Counted from the stretch's first letter, positions 1 to 12,990 are shown. The stretch is 64,000 nucleotides of DNA from Chrysomallon squamiferum (GCA_012295275.1 CM022671.1:4836001-4900000), one strand, 5' to 3'. Notes: generated from the letters alone by a model not told the origin. Translations and numbers: made by a program.

Positions 1-1
1 A

Positions 2-71
2 CGTCGTAGTCCTCTTGTTGACGGCTTCTGTTACTACAGCCCCCTCATTGACGCTACAATGACCACAGTCA
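2..71 (+). CDS. Penultimate coding exon (partial, runs off window) of an unidentified gene
   Basis: Open frame RRSPLVDGFCYYSPLIDATMTTV+A ends at a canonical donor A|GTAAGT (72-77), phase 1. The phase matches the exon at 2528. Confidence 0.55.
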
Positions 72-1348
72 GTAAGTAAACTTATGGACAGTTCAAAATG
101 GTGAAACATTTATTCATTCCTATATTAATAAATGCATATACAGATAAACACAACACATACATACACACACAAACAAATACCTATATTCACGCATACATAC
201 ATACATACATACATATACATACATACATACATACATATACATACATACATAAATACATACGCACACAGACATACATACAGACAGACTGAGAGACAGAAAG
301 ACAGAGACAGATATTACGTAATTAAAAAATCCTGCAGCTCGTAATACGGACATACTATTACACAAAGACAGTTTATTGCATTTAAATATTACTAAGATAA
401 GTTAAACATAGGATAAAAAAAAAAAAAAAAAAAAAATTAGCCTTAAGTGTATAGATAAACGAATAAATAAATAAACGAACAAATAAATATAAAAAAGAAT
501 AATAATAATTCAATAAAGTAATGCATAAATCAATAAATTAATTAATTATTAAAATAAAATAATACAGCTAACTTTTCGAAATTTCACATCGCTAAACATT
601 TATCTTTGAACAACAATGATGTTTCGACATCACGTGATCGTAACCTGTCGCTTAGAACATACAAAAGTACTATCTTCGCCATGTTTACTTCAAACAAAAA
701 TAAATTTTTAATTTTTATATTTCTGTGAAATCTTTTTAATGAAATATTAATGTTTTGAAGGTTTGATTTACTTTCAGTGTATTAATTTTTTGAAAAGAGG
801 TATATATTACTTCGCCGATGTGATAAATTATTTATTCGAATTTTGTTTTTCTTTCGGTACGGTATGAAATGAAATAATAGTAATTTTTTAGCGTAAAAGA
901 TACATCTTCCAGTTGATTTTTTTTTTTTTTTTTTTTTTTTTTTCATTTATTTATTTATTGATTTTTTTTATGTCGTTATTATTTAACAAGGAAAATCATA
1001 TCACTATTATAACGACAACATAATCCATAGAATTTGATTTATTTTATATTCGCACTTTCACTAAAATAGGATTGTTGCATTGTACTATAACTGCTACTAC
1101 TACTATTGCTATTATTACTACTATCGCAAATGTAACAACTAGTTCTATTGTTATTATTTACATATTATCATTATTATTATTACCACTAATACTACTACTA
1201 CTACTACTACTACAACTACCACTACTACTACTACTTTACTACTACTACAACTGTTTATTTATTTATTGACTTATGTTTTTAATAAATTTACTTTTTATTT
1301 ATTTATTTATTTATTTCACTTTTTTTTATTAATTAATTTATTTACTTT

Positions 1349-1391
<43 letters not shown>

Positions 1392-1812
1392 TTACTTTCT
1401 TTTCTGTAATTTATTCATTTATTCATGCATATTTTGGATATATTTAGACTTATTATTTGATGTTGACCCGTTAATGAGATTGTTTTTTTTTTTGTATTTT
1501 TTTTCTTAAATGAAAAATGAATTGAGTTTAATAATAAAATTTACCTTGCATGTTAGATTTAACAAGTGTTTGATACAGAACAGCTGGTGACAGAACTAAC
1601 AAAAGTTCGTCTGCGATGACGTAAAACAAAAAACAGCAGACGAACTAATTGCATTGCGTACATTGTGGGTATTAATAGTAACACTTTGTAAGTTTAATGC
1701 GTGATGACGTACTGTATGATACATTTTAAATGAAAGTCATCAAATTAATATTGATTTCATCGTAACCGGATTATGTTTTAATATTCATAAAAATTAGAAT
1801 TTAAAGTTTTAT

Positions 1813-1872
<60 letters not shown>

Positions 1873-2090
1873 AACAACAACAATAATTTGTTAATTTGAT
1901 TTAGTTATCTATTTATTTATTTATTGTTTTTCTTTCTTTTTTTTTTTTTTTTTTGTTGATAAAACAATAAACAAAAAATTACAAAAAAGTATTCATTAAT
2001 TTAAAATCTTTATCCGTATACATGCAGTTATGTTCAATGACTACAAAAATTTATTTGCATAATTAATTTGCAATATTACAAAAACGCTCA

Positions 2091-2123
<33 letters not shown>

Positions 2124-2476
2124 CATTAAGAGGTTAATTTAAAAAATAAATTGCTATGTTTTTTGTTTCTTTTATTATTGCATTGGATTAACGAACATGC
2201 AGACTTATTCAAATATCAAAAACAAAGTAATTATTTATTTTATTTTATAGTCTTACATTATTCATTATTACAACGTCTGTCATTTAAAAGAACTATAACC
2301 GATTATTACTCTCATTAATATTATCATTATTATTATTATTATTATTATCATTATTATTATTATTATTATGATCATCATCATTATTACCATTATTATTATC
2401 ATTATCATTATTATTATTATTATCATCATCATTATTATTATTATCATCATCATCATTATTATCATTATTATTATTA

Positions 2477-2523
<47 letters not shown>

Positions 2524-2527
2524 TCAG

Positions 2528-2628
2528 ATAAGGTTGGAGACAGTCGTATTGTGGTTCAGGGAATTGATCGTCCTATTCTGATACACGTCGACAAAGCCAC
2601 GCCCTTCGACGTTTCTTCTTTCCTGTAA
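2528..2628 (+). CDS. Terminal coding exon of the same unidentified gene
   Basis: Acceptor TTTCAG (2522-2527) follows a (TAT)n tract. The phase-1 join gives NKVGDSRIVVQGIDRPILIHVDKATPFDVSSFL*. Non-repetitive, protein-like sequence, with AATAAA at 2798-2803. Confidence 0.55.
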
Positions 2629-2797
2629 ACTCTACAAGACTAACATAGCTGATACGTTTTAAATATTAGCTGTGAGCTGACCTCTGACCTTCGTACAAAT
2701 GACCTTGCCAGCTGTGACCCGGAAGCTGTTTGAAAGAACTGGGTAGAACAAAAGTGAATGTGTGTTAGATGTGTGTGTTTGTTTCTGTGACGGTGTG

Positions 2798-2803
2798 AAT
2801 AAA
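2798..2803 (+). terminator. Candidate polyadenylation signal for the left-edge gene
   Basis: AATAAA about 170 nt after the stop codon, followed by T-rich sequence. Confidence 0.3.
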
Positions 2804-3162
2804 AATAACTAGACGCCTTCTTTGTTGACATTTTTATTTTTATTTTTTATTTTTTGCTGAGTTATCTTTCTTTGTAAACTAGAGTTATCATTCCTTGATG
2901 GCTTTATACACCACCATCCCCACACACACCCATCCACGCACGCACACACGAACAATGTTTAGAAGTACTTCAAATAATATGATGAGTTATCGTTCTTTAT
3001 AAACCAGCCCAAAGCTTTTTATATCATATATCTTTTTTCTTTTTTTTCCTTTCTAATGTGACTATTAGTTACTAATTCAGTCATGGACAGTCCTAGGAAA
3101 AAGTCGCCAAAAGAAGGAATATCATCAGAATTATATGTACTTACTTAATTTAAACAGAACAC

Positions 3163-3196
<34 letters not shown>

Positions 3197-3336
3197 TACA
3201 GCAGCAATTTTATTAGTATTACAACTACCGTTATCATCATAATCATCTTCATTATTACTGTTGTTGTTAAAATGACATTGCAGAAATGAAATAGAAAGAG
3301 AAAAAATGAAAAACAGAGAGAGAGAAAGAAAGAGAG

Positions 3337-3387
<51 letters not shown>

Positions 3388-3971
3388 TACTTCTTGATCA
3401 GTTATCCTTGTGATCGCAGTCTCATACAATTATTGCTAACAAGCGGCAATTTCATCTCGAATTTAATACAAATGACATGGCTGAACGTACATGTATCATG
3501 AAATACAGATTAAAAGACCACAACAACAGAGGTAACAATGTAATTATAGTTAATCACCCTTTTTACGTAATTAACTGTTGCTTGCATGATGCTAAATCAC
3601 GGACCGGACATTTTTCAAAGGGGAGATCAATACTATTTGCCTAAAAAAAAATCTACGTTCGTGATCACGTCATTTGAGGCATTAAATTAGTACAAATGGA
3701 TTCTCCTCAGATCGAGTTATAAATAGCTACGCGTGTCTGTTTGGAAGATTAAGCAGAACCTTAACCTCACTTATCTAATAAAGTTGCGTCATTGTGGTTT
3801 AGTCTCGGCCACGATTAGTCTGTTCTGACGTGCAATTTGTCGAATTTGTGTCTTCCTAATCGCTTTCTCTGTCTGTCTGTCTGTGTGTGTATGTCTGTCT
3901 CTGAAAAGATGATGCTAATGGACGTGATAATAAAAGATGGATATCTAACAAAGCGTGGCTCACTGTATGAA

Positions 3972-4055
<84 letters not shown>

Positions 4056-4074
4056 AAGTTACTGATTAAAAAAT

Positions 4075-4624
4075 ACATTTTTTGGTCAAAATAATCATAT
4101 ATATTTTGAGCATTTCGAAATTTTTTATATATTTTAAAAGCAATATAACAATTTATACTGTATGAAAAAAAAAAAAACAAATACAAAAAAAATCATTTCT
4201 ATTAATCCGTTTTTATAATTTTTTTACAAATGCGTGTATACAAAAATAAAATAAAATAACTCATAGGAAATAGACTTCGTTCCTCTTCCGATTAATTCTG
4301 ATTTTTTAAAAAAGCTTATAGAAATTAAAATCCACTCCAGGAAGCTTGAATCCAGATTATGTAAATCGGTCAACTATAAATACATATAAGCAAAAAATGG
4401 CCGACATCTTTGATTTCATTAGAACTTCATGGAGAAGATGTGTAACAGATTTGAGGCTTGTATCATAATTTGCACGATTCATCTTAAACATTGCTATCAT
4501 CTGTCCCACTATGTCGCTATTTGTTACATATATTCCGATCTAACTTATTCTCCAATAATTGCTCTTTTTTTTGCTCTTTTAAAAAAAAAAAATTATATAT
4601 ATATATACACACACAAACACAGTT

Positions 4625-4656
<32 letters not shown>

Positions 4657-4925
4657 ATTTTATGCTGTGTTGTTTTATAACATGTTCTGTTGTTATATTC
4701 TATCTTTTTATTTTTGACCTTTCTCTACTTTTCTAAAATAAAAAAAAAATAAAAAAGTTGTACTTTAAATGTATTTCGATCATTAGAGAAATAGAGTATA
4801 CAATTTACACAATAACCTTCTTTAATGATTGTTTAAGATAACTGGATGTTGATCGGAGCTAATTCCCTCCATTTTCCTTTTCTCATGTTACCCCCCTACA
4901 CTATACCCCCGTGAAGAAAAAAAAG

Positions 4926-4958
<33 letters not shown>

Positions 4959-5363
4959 ACGATTTAATGATATTGCGTAATGACTTTTACAAATAGACTT
5001 CTCTGATATCAATTTTCTAACGGAGAAGTAATTTAGCAGTCACAGAATCGAAATTTGGTTTTGTGTCATGCCTGACTTTATTTCTGTTTTACAGAACGAA
5101 AAGCCCTCCAATGGTAAAAAAAAAAAAAATTTAAATTAAAAAATAAAAAAAGATAAGAAAGAAGAAGATGATGATGATGATGAAAAGAAGAAAAAAAAGA
5201 CGACGTTGATGATGAAGGAGAAGATGAAGTAGATGATGAAGAAAGAATGAAGGAGAAGATGAAGAAGATGATGAAGAAAGAATGAAAGAACAAAAGAAAC
5301 AGTTAAAAAAATTATTTAAAAAAAAGATATGTCTATCACAGCGTTGTTACGATGCAGTCATTT

Positions 5364-5394
<31 letters not shown>

Positions 5395-5510
5395 TTTGTT
5401 TATTTGTTTTATTGTTCTATTTATTTTATGTGTTATTTATTTAATTTTTATTTATTTATTATATTTATATTTTATTATTGTTGTTGTTGTTATTATTATT
5501 ATTGTTGTTG

Positions 5511-5565
<55 letters not shown>

Positions 5566-6117
5566 ATACATTTTTTTGTCAAAATAATCATATATATTTT
5601 GAGCATTTCGAAATTTTGTATATATTTTAAAAACAAAATAACAATTTATTCTGTATCCAAAAAAATAAATAAATAAATAAATAAATAATTTCTATTAATC
5701 CGTTTTTATAATTTTTTTACAAATGCGTGTATACAAAAATAAAATAAAATAACTCATAGGAAATAGACTTCGTTCCTCTTCCGATTAATTCTGATTTTTT
5801 TAAAAAGCTTATAGAAATTAAAATCCACTCCAGGAAGCTTGAATCCAGATTATGTAAATCGGTCAACTATAAATACATCAAAGCAAAAAAATGGCCGCCA
5901 TTTTTTATTTCATTAGAACTTCATGGAGAAGATGTGTGCCAAATTTGAGGCTTGTATCATAATTTACACGATTCATGTTAAACATTGCTTTCTTCTGTCC
6001 CACTATGTCGCTATTTGTTACATATATTCCGATCTAACTTATTCTCCAATAATGATGTTTAATTTTTGCTCTTTTAAAAAAAAAAATTATATATATATAT
6101 ACACACACAAACACAGT

Positions 6118-6150
<33 letters not shown>

Positions 6151-6416
6151 TTTTATGCTGTGTTGTTTTATAACATGTTCTGTTGTTATATTCTATCTTT
6201 TTATTTTTGACCTTTCTCTACTTTTCTAAAATAAAAAAAAAATAAAAAAGTTGTACTTTAAATGTATTTCGATCATTAGAGAAATAGAGTATACAATTTA
6301 CACAATAACCTTCTTTAATGATTGTTTAAGATAACTGGATGTTGATCGGAGCTAATTCCCTCCATTTTCCTTTTCTCATGTTACCCCCCTACACTATACC
6401 CCCCGTGAAGAAAAAG

Positions 6417-6452
<36 letters not shown>

Positions 6453-6857
6453 GATTTATTGATATTGCGTAATGACTTTTACAAATAGACTTCTCTGATA
6501 TCAATTTTCTAACGGAGAAGTAATTTAGCAGTCACAGAATCGAAATTTGGTTTTGTGTCATGCGTGACTTTATTTCTGTTTTACAGAACGAAAAGCCCTC
6601 CAATGGTAAAAAAAAAAAAAAATTAAAATTAAAAAATTAAAAAAGATAAGAAAGAAGATGATGATGATGATGATGAAAAGAAGAAAAAAAAGACGACGTT
6701 GATGATGAAGGAGAAGATGAAGTAGATGATGAAGAAAGAATGAAGGAGAAGATGAAGAAGATGATGAAGAGAGAATGAAAGAACAAAAAAAAACAGTTAA
6801 AAAATGTATTAAAAAAATAAATATGTCTATCACAGCGTTGTTACGATGCAGTCATTT

Positions 6858-6904
<47 letters not shown>

Positions 6905-7045
6905 CTTATTTACTTATTTTTTAATTATTTAATTATTTACTTATTACTTATTTGTTTGTTTTATTGTTTTATTTATTATGTGTTATTTATTTAATTTTTA
7001 TTTATTTATTATATTTATATTTTATTATTATTATTGTTGTTGTTG

Positions 7046-7118
<73 letters not shown>
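4075..7118. repeat. Tandem duplication of a ~1.49-kb unit (copy 1 ~4075-5565, copy 2 ~5566-7118)
   Basis: GTCAAAATAATCATATATATTTTGAGCATTTCG occurs at 4085 and 5578, and ATGGAGAAGATG at 4429 and 5923. The copies are colinear throughout, with scattered substitutions and different microsatellite lengths. Confidence 0.92.
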
Positions 7119-8468
7119 TACTAAAAATACCAAACATGACAATAAACAGAAGAAAAAAAAAGGGTTTTTATTTGTGTGAACTGATGTCACAAATCCTCAC
7201 CCCTCACTAGATCTGAACCTTTTACCCACTCGTTTCACTAACAGGAATATCCAAAGCTAAAAAATCAATGACATCACAACCAACCAATACTTAGACGAAT
7301 ACTAGCATGCGCCTTTAGAACCGGCATGAAACGTTTGAAAAGGAATCATCCACGATCTCAAGAATAAAAAAAATAAAAAAATAATAACGCCGATCAGATA
7401 ACTTTATAAGATATTAATATATTTACTTTGACTCATTGTCGACAGCCAAACACCAGAACAGCACCGCGGCTTAGCTGGCAGTGTCAACTGGGAGACGACG
7501 GTTTAGTTTCATTTCATTGGGTATTTTTCTGCACGCAGACTGTTCAGAGCATGCCGGGAGAAGTCATCACCGTTTGTCAGCGTAAATTCAGAGTTTAAAG
7601 CTTAAACGGTGTGCCGTCGTGCATGACGGTGAAGCAGTCGCAGATAAATAGAACACAAAAAGAAAAGAAAAAAGGAAAACAGAAAAAAAAAGAAACAACA
7701 GTCTACTTACGTGCTGTATATGTATGTATCGATAAACCGAGTCGTGCTTTAACGCTGAAAGTACTCGGCGAAAGTTGACAAATCCTTAACCGCGGGTGTG
7801 ATTATCCATCGCGAAAGCTTAATAACAGAAAGAGAATCGGTTCTGTGCAAGAACACGCAGAAAGATATTTATTCTTCGGGCCGAGATTAATGTCGGATAT
7901 TCATTCATTGCCATGACATGTTTTGTTGTCCCGGTGTTTTCTTGGAGGCCTTTTCGATGCCAGACGTATTTAGATGATGTTAAAATGAGTCGTGGATTTT
8001 CTAGTTTTTTGTCCACAGAAGTATGTTGCCATCTTGGCTTCTTAAAGACGCCTGTTTGGGAGATAGAAGAAATCTGCTATGCTAAAAGATAAACAGGGAT
8101 CTTGAACGTACATACATTAAATCGTAAATAAGGATTTTCATTTGTGTTTTTTATGTGACGTACAAATATTCTGACGTGTTATAAGGTAAAACAATACAAA
8201 TAATAATATATATAAATTGACTTTGTTAGTTTTTTTTTCTGAGAGATTACACTTCGTTTTTTCAAAATAAATTCGCACAAAAAGACTGGCTGCATCAAGA
8301 CACTTTACCATTTGTTGTCGTGGCTGTGTTAAGAGTCAGGGAACGTTGTCGTGGACGTAACACACAGAAACATTAATGCATTCTGGACTGATAATAGAGA
8401 AGCTAATAAAACAGGGCGTGCAGGACTTGAAGATGCCTCGGACGTGGGTCACGAACTCGTCCGTGAAA

Positions 8469-8943
8469 ATGAACACAGCTACCGCTAACAGAACCAGCGC
8501 CCAGAAATCAAAAGTAACCTTGTCTGTTGGTGGGACGATATTTGTGACGGAGGCAGCGACGTTGAAACGCCATCCTGGAACAGTTCTGGCGTCGCTGCAC
8601 AGAGGTTCCGAGTACTACGATTCGCAAACGGACAGTTACGTTTTCGACCGAGGATCCGCAAGCTTTTTCTGTTATTCTTAATTTCTACCGCACTTCCGAG
8701 CTGCACCTGCCCAAAGGCATCTGCGGAAAGGCGATGAGAAACGAGCTGAGGTTTTGGAACATCTCTGAACTGAACATTTCTCAGTGCTGTTGGAAGGTGA
8801 TGTACGACGTCGACAAAGACGAAGACGTCTACAACACCCTGAAGCAGAGTCTAGATACCGGACACGATTTCACCGGCAACGAGAGTTTGAGGCATCGTCT
8901 GTATATGTTTCTAGAAAAACCTAATTCTTCAAGCGCTGCTAGG
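8469..8943 (+). CDS. Kv-A exon 1: Shaw/Kv3-like voltage-gated K+ channel T1 (BTB) domain, with a +1 frameshift at ~8652
   Basis: VTLSVGGTIFVTEAATLKRHPGTVLA...YVFDR / DPQAFSVILNFYRTSELHLPKGICGKAMRNELRFWNISELNISQCCW (HX5CX20CC)...FLEKPNSSSAAR, then donor GTGAGT at 8944. Upstream in-frame ATGs at 8376 and 8433 are alternative starts. One extra base in GAC CGA G GAT CCG breaks the frame. Confidence 0.88.
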
Positions 8944-8960
8944 GTGAGTAGTGATATAAT

Positions 8961-9012
<52 letters not shown>

Positions 9013-9481
9013 GTGATAACAATAATAAAAAGGTATCTTTTTAATTAACATACTTTCTGTCTCGTTTTACTTTTCTTTTCTCTTCTTCCTTTTTCTTTTT
9101 CTTTGTTCGATTTATTTATTTATATATTTTTTATAACCATTCATAAGTAAAAAGAACAACTGAATAAAATATTTATCAAGAAGATAGAGGCTGCCTGGAT
9201 TTTCAGTGTCAATGTATTGCATTCTTATTATTTATTTAATTAAAAAATAAAAAGAAGAAAACATTTATATCTTGATTTTTTTTTTCATTTATTTATAGTT
9301 ATCTAATTTAATTTATTTTTATTTTATTTTATTTTATTTTATTTTATTTTATTTTTTTTTATTTTATTTGTTTCTTTGTTTGTTTGTATGTTTACGTTTG
9401 TAATTTTATTTCGTTTTATTTTTTCATTCATGTTCTCTGGTTTGTCTATTTTATATTTTATAAATATTTTTTTAAATTTTA

Positions 9482-9546
<65 letters not shown>

Positions 9547-9915
9547 GTTTATACTGTCTATCTAGGGGAAAAAAATAATTTAAATAAAACTATCATAAAT
9601 ATCAAAAGCATTGTTGTTCTTCTTATTTTTGTTGTTGTTGTTATTATTAATATTATCATTATAATTGTCGTTAATGTTGTTTTTATTGTTGTTAATATTA
9701 TGATTATTATTGTTGTTCTTGTTGTTAATATTATAACTGTTTTTTTGTTTTTCTTGTTGTTATTATTGTTGTTGTTGTAGTTGTTATTAATATTATTATC
9801 GTTTTTGTTGTTGTTGTTGTTATTATTGTTATTGTTGTAGTTGTAGTTGTTATTAATATCATTATTATTGTTGTTGTTGTAGTTGTTATCATCATTACTA
9901 TTACTATTAACACAG

Positions 9916-10773
9916 ATATGGAACACGACACTAATGGTGCTGATCTTCCTCTCCGCGTTCTCGCTGGCGATATCCACTCTGCAAGAACTGCGAGTCCGGC
10001 TCACGTTTCCCGAGCCGGAAAACACGCAAGTGGAGAATCTCCTGAAGAACAGCACGCGCCTCAAATACAACCTGCACGTCTACTACTACGTCACGGAATG
10101 GCTGTACGCCTTCGACCACATCCTCTTGGCGATCTTCACTCTGGAGGTCTCCTTGCGCCTCGCCGTAGCCTTCGACAAACGCACCTTCTTCTCCTGCTTC
10201 ATCAACTGGGTGGACATGGTGACGTCGTACGGAGGGTGGATCGTCTTCGCGCTCGAGATGGCCTACTACAACGGCCTCATCGTGCGCACGGAGCCGCTGT
10301 TCTGGATGTACTTCGGCTTTCGCTGCGTGATGGTGACGCGTCTGCTGAGGTGCTTGCGGCTCCAGGAGAGGTTTCCGAGCCTGAAGATCCTGCTGATAAC
10401 GGTCAAGAAGAGCTGGATGGAGCTCGTTCTCCTCGTCCTCTGCTTCATCATCCTCTCGATGCTCTTCGGCACCATCGAGTACTACTGCGAGTTTCAAAAC
10501 AACAAGTTCGACTCCATTCCCATTTCAATATGGTGGTCCATCGTCACCATGACGACCGTGGGCTACGGGGACTACTACCCGGAGTCCATCTGCGGCTACT
10601 TCGTGGGGACGTTGTGCGCGATGTGCGGGATTCTCTTCCTCTCCATGCCCGTGGCTCTGATAGGGGCCACGTTCAACGACTACTACACGCGCAACCAGGA
10701 ACGAGAACTCCACAAGCACAACAGAGTGGACGGAAACACGACGAAGATTGCGCCGAAGTCGTTAAAGAGTTAA
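9916..10773 (+). CDS. Kv-A exon 2: S1-S6 transmembrane region, pore and short C-tail
   Basis: Acceptor CACAG (9911-9915), then IWNTTLMVLIFLS. S4 RCVMVTRLLRCLRLQER, pore SIPISIWWSIVTMTTVGYGDYYP, S6 MCGILFLSMPVALIGATF, TAA at 10771-10773. About 443 aa in total if the frameshift is corrected. Confidence 0.95.
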   Translation: MWNTTLMVLIFLSAFSLAISTLQELRVRLTFPEPENTQVENLLKNSTRLKYNLHVYYYVTEWLYAFDHILLAIFTLEVSLRLAVAFDKRTFFSCFINWVDMVTSYGGWIVFALEMAYYNGLIVRTEPLFWMYFGFRCVMVTRLLRCLRLQERFPSLKILLITVKKSWMELVLLVLCFIILSMLFGTIEYYCEFQNNKFDSIPISIWWSIVTMTTVGYGDYYPESICGYFVGTLCAMCGILFLSMPVALIGATFNDYYTRNQERELHKHNRVDGNTTKIAPKSLKS

Positions 10774-12924
10774 TAAACAACAGGCAACCAAACCACTCCA
10801 AGGGTTAACAACCGTTTTCAGAAAAAGGAATAATGACCGTTGCGGCGGTGAAGTTAATAACTGTTTGAGATAATGACGGCTGTTGTAGAATAGATAATTC
10901 ACAACATTACCGGCTTATTCTTTTTTTTTAATGTTTTTTTATGTTTCTGTCAAAATGATTGCAGTTTATTACTGTTTGACATCACTGTATGAAAAACTGC
11001 TGCTTTGAGTTAGTTACCAAAACAGACCGGGAACAATGCTCCCTAACTCTCTTTAAAACAGCCAAGCGAAGATTTCTGAAGATTTGTTGTTTTCGGTCAG
11101 TAACTAGAGGTTGGGGTATTGTCCGCCCTGCGGTGAGATTCTGAAAACGGTGAAACGAGATGTGTGGAAATAATAATGACATTAATATATTTTGTTTTGC
11201 GTCAGTTACTAGAGCGATGTCCAAAACATCCCGTCCTTTCTAACTGAAATGAATGTGTTATTTGAAAACTTGTGGGTTAAGTCAGAACAACAAGGTGTAC
11301 GTCTATATTGAAATATATATTATATATATATATATATACATATATATGAATTATCTTTTACATGATTTCATAATATTTTAGAAGAAAAAGTAGTTGTTTG
11401 TTTCAGAGATTGAAAATCCGGTGTATGAATGTCGATATTTATATTTCAAAGTTCTAATATCATTAGTTAGTTTCTTATTGTTTATCCTTCCTTGCTCTCT
11501 TTTTTTTTTTTTTTTTCTTTTTCTTTTTATGCTTTTTTGTGTTATGCTTTTTTTCTCTTTCTTCTTTTTTCTTTCTATCATATTTCTTCTTTCTTCCTCT
11601 CGTCTCTACTCTCTCTCCAAAAATTGAATTTCCAATAATTTATCTTTGTAATAAATTCTTAACATAGACTGGCTTTTATAAAATTATATTTTTTAATTTA
11701 TAAATACGTAATTCATTTTTTTAACATTTTATTGTAAGATTATATATATATTACTTAATAATTTATTACTTTATTTATTTAAGTACTTATTCATTTGTCT
11801 GTCTGTCTGTCTATCTATCATATACGTTGTGTATATAAAATAATACATACTTACATACACGCACACAGAAATAGCTCTTTCATTCTGATTTCATATCATG
11901 ACATCATTATATTATTATACATAACAAATATATATATATACATAGATACAGTCACACACAAACACACACATATATATATGCAGTATACATATATAAATAC
12001 ACATAGACAACTCACCCACACATGCAAGCATATATATATATATATATATATAGAAACTTATCAAGGAAAGCAATGAAGCATATAAACTGGAGAAACAAAA
12101 TATATATGTATATTTGTATATCCAGTTACTATGCTTCATCGTAGTCCTTGATCTGATTCTGTTGTGGCCTCGATCAAAACTGACAAAGAAAAAGTTTTTA
12201 GATTACTGGAAATCAATGTCTTCGTTTTCTTTCATCGTCGAGGTAGGAGAAAGATTACAATTTTAGGAGAAAAAAAAAACCTGGTGGATGATCAATATGG
12301 TCTTTCCTGTTTGCTCTTTTCATTTATGATAATGATTACTGTTGTTAATGTTAACGAGAACACAATCACTGATTTTTTTTTTTTTTTTTTTTTTTAAAAA
12401 GCACAGAGACGGAAATTTTATTCGTAACAAATCGCAAGTCTTCGGAAATATTCGGACATATTCGGAAACAGATACGGAAATGCGCGATAAGATTTCTAAA
12501 GTTTTTTGCACGATTAGACTTTCGATTTCCGGTGAATGCTGTTAAATGTGCGTTTGAACTTAATTACATTTATTTTTTTTCTTCTTTTTTCTTTTATCCA
12601 GCTTTTTTTTTTAAAACAGAAGTCTGAAATTCATGATTTTTACGTCTGTCAAGATGTAGTTAATTATTTGTAATCTGTCGTCACAGAACAAAAAATTGCC
12701 AGATTGAAAAACTAACTTTTCCTTACAGACAGCTGGATCGATGAGCCTGTTTTCTCGCTGTTTTAGATTTGAAATTATCTTTATTTCTCATTACTTCCCC
12801 TTTAATTACCTTTCTTTCAAAATTCTTAAATAACTTTATTTAATCATTCTGAGACTTTAAATTATCCCAATAAAATTCATTACACATATACAAACATACA
12901 TAAATACAAAAATTAGGTTTAGTA

Positions 12925-12990
<66 letters not shown>

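Noticed and set aside
8640-8700. Micro-intron or programmed frameshift as the explanation for the Kv-A frame break
   Set aside because: Homology is continuous to within one base on both sides, leaving no room for a GT-AG intron, and there is no recognisable slippery site at the break.
9918-10808. 296-aa alternative-frame ORF and antisense ORFs (9931-10497 etc.) over Kv-A exon 2
   Set aside because: Shadow ORFs caused by the high GC3 of the real frame. The translations are Arg/His/Leu-rich with no recognisable domain.
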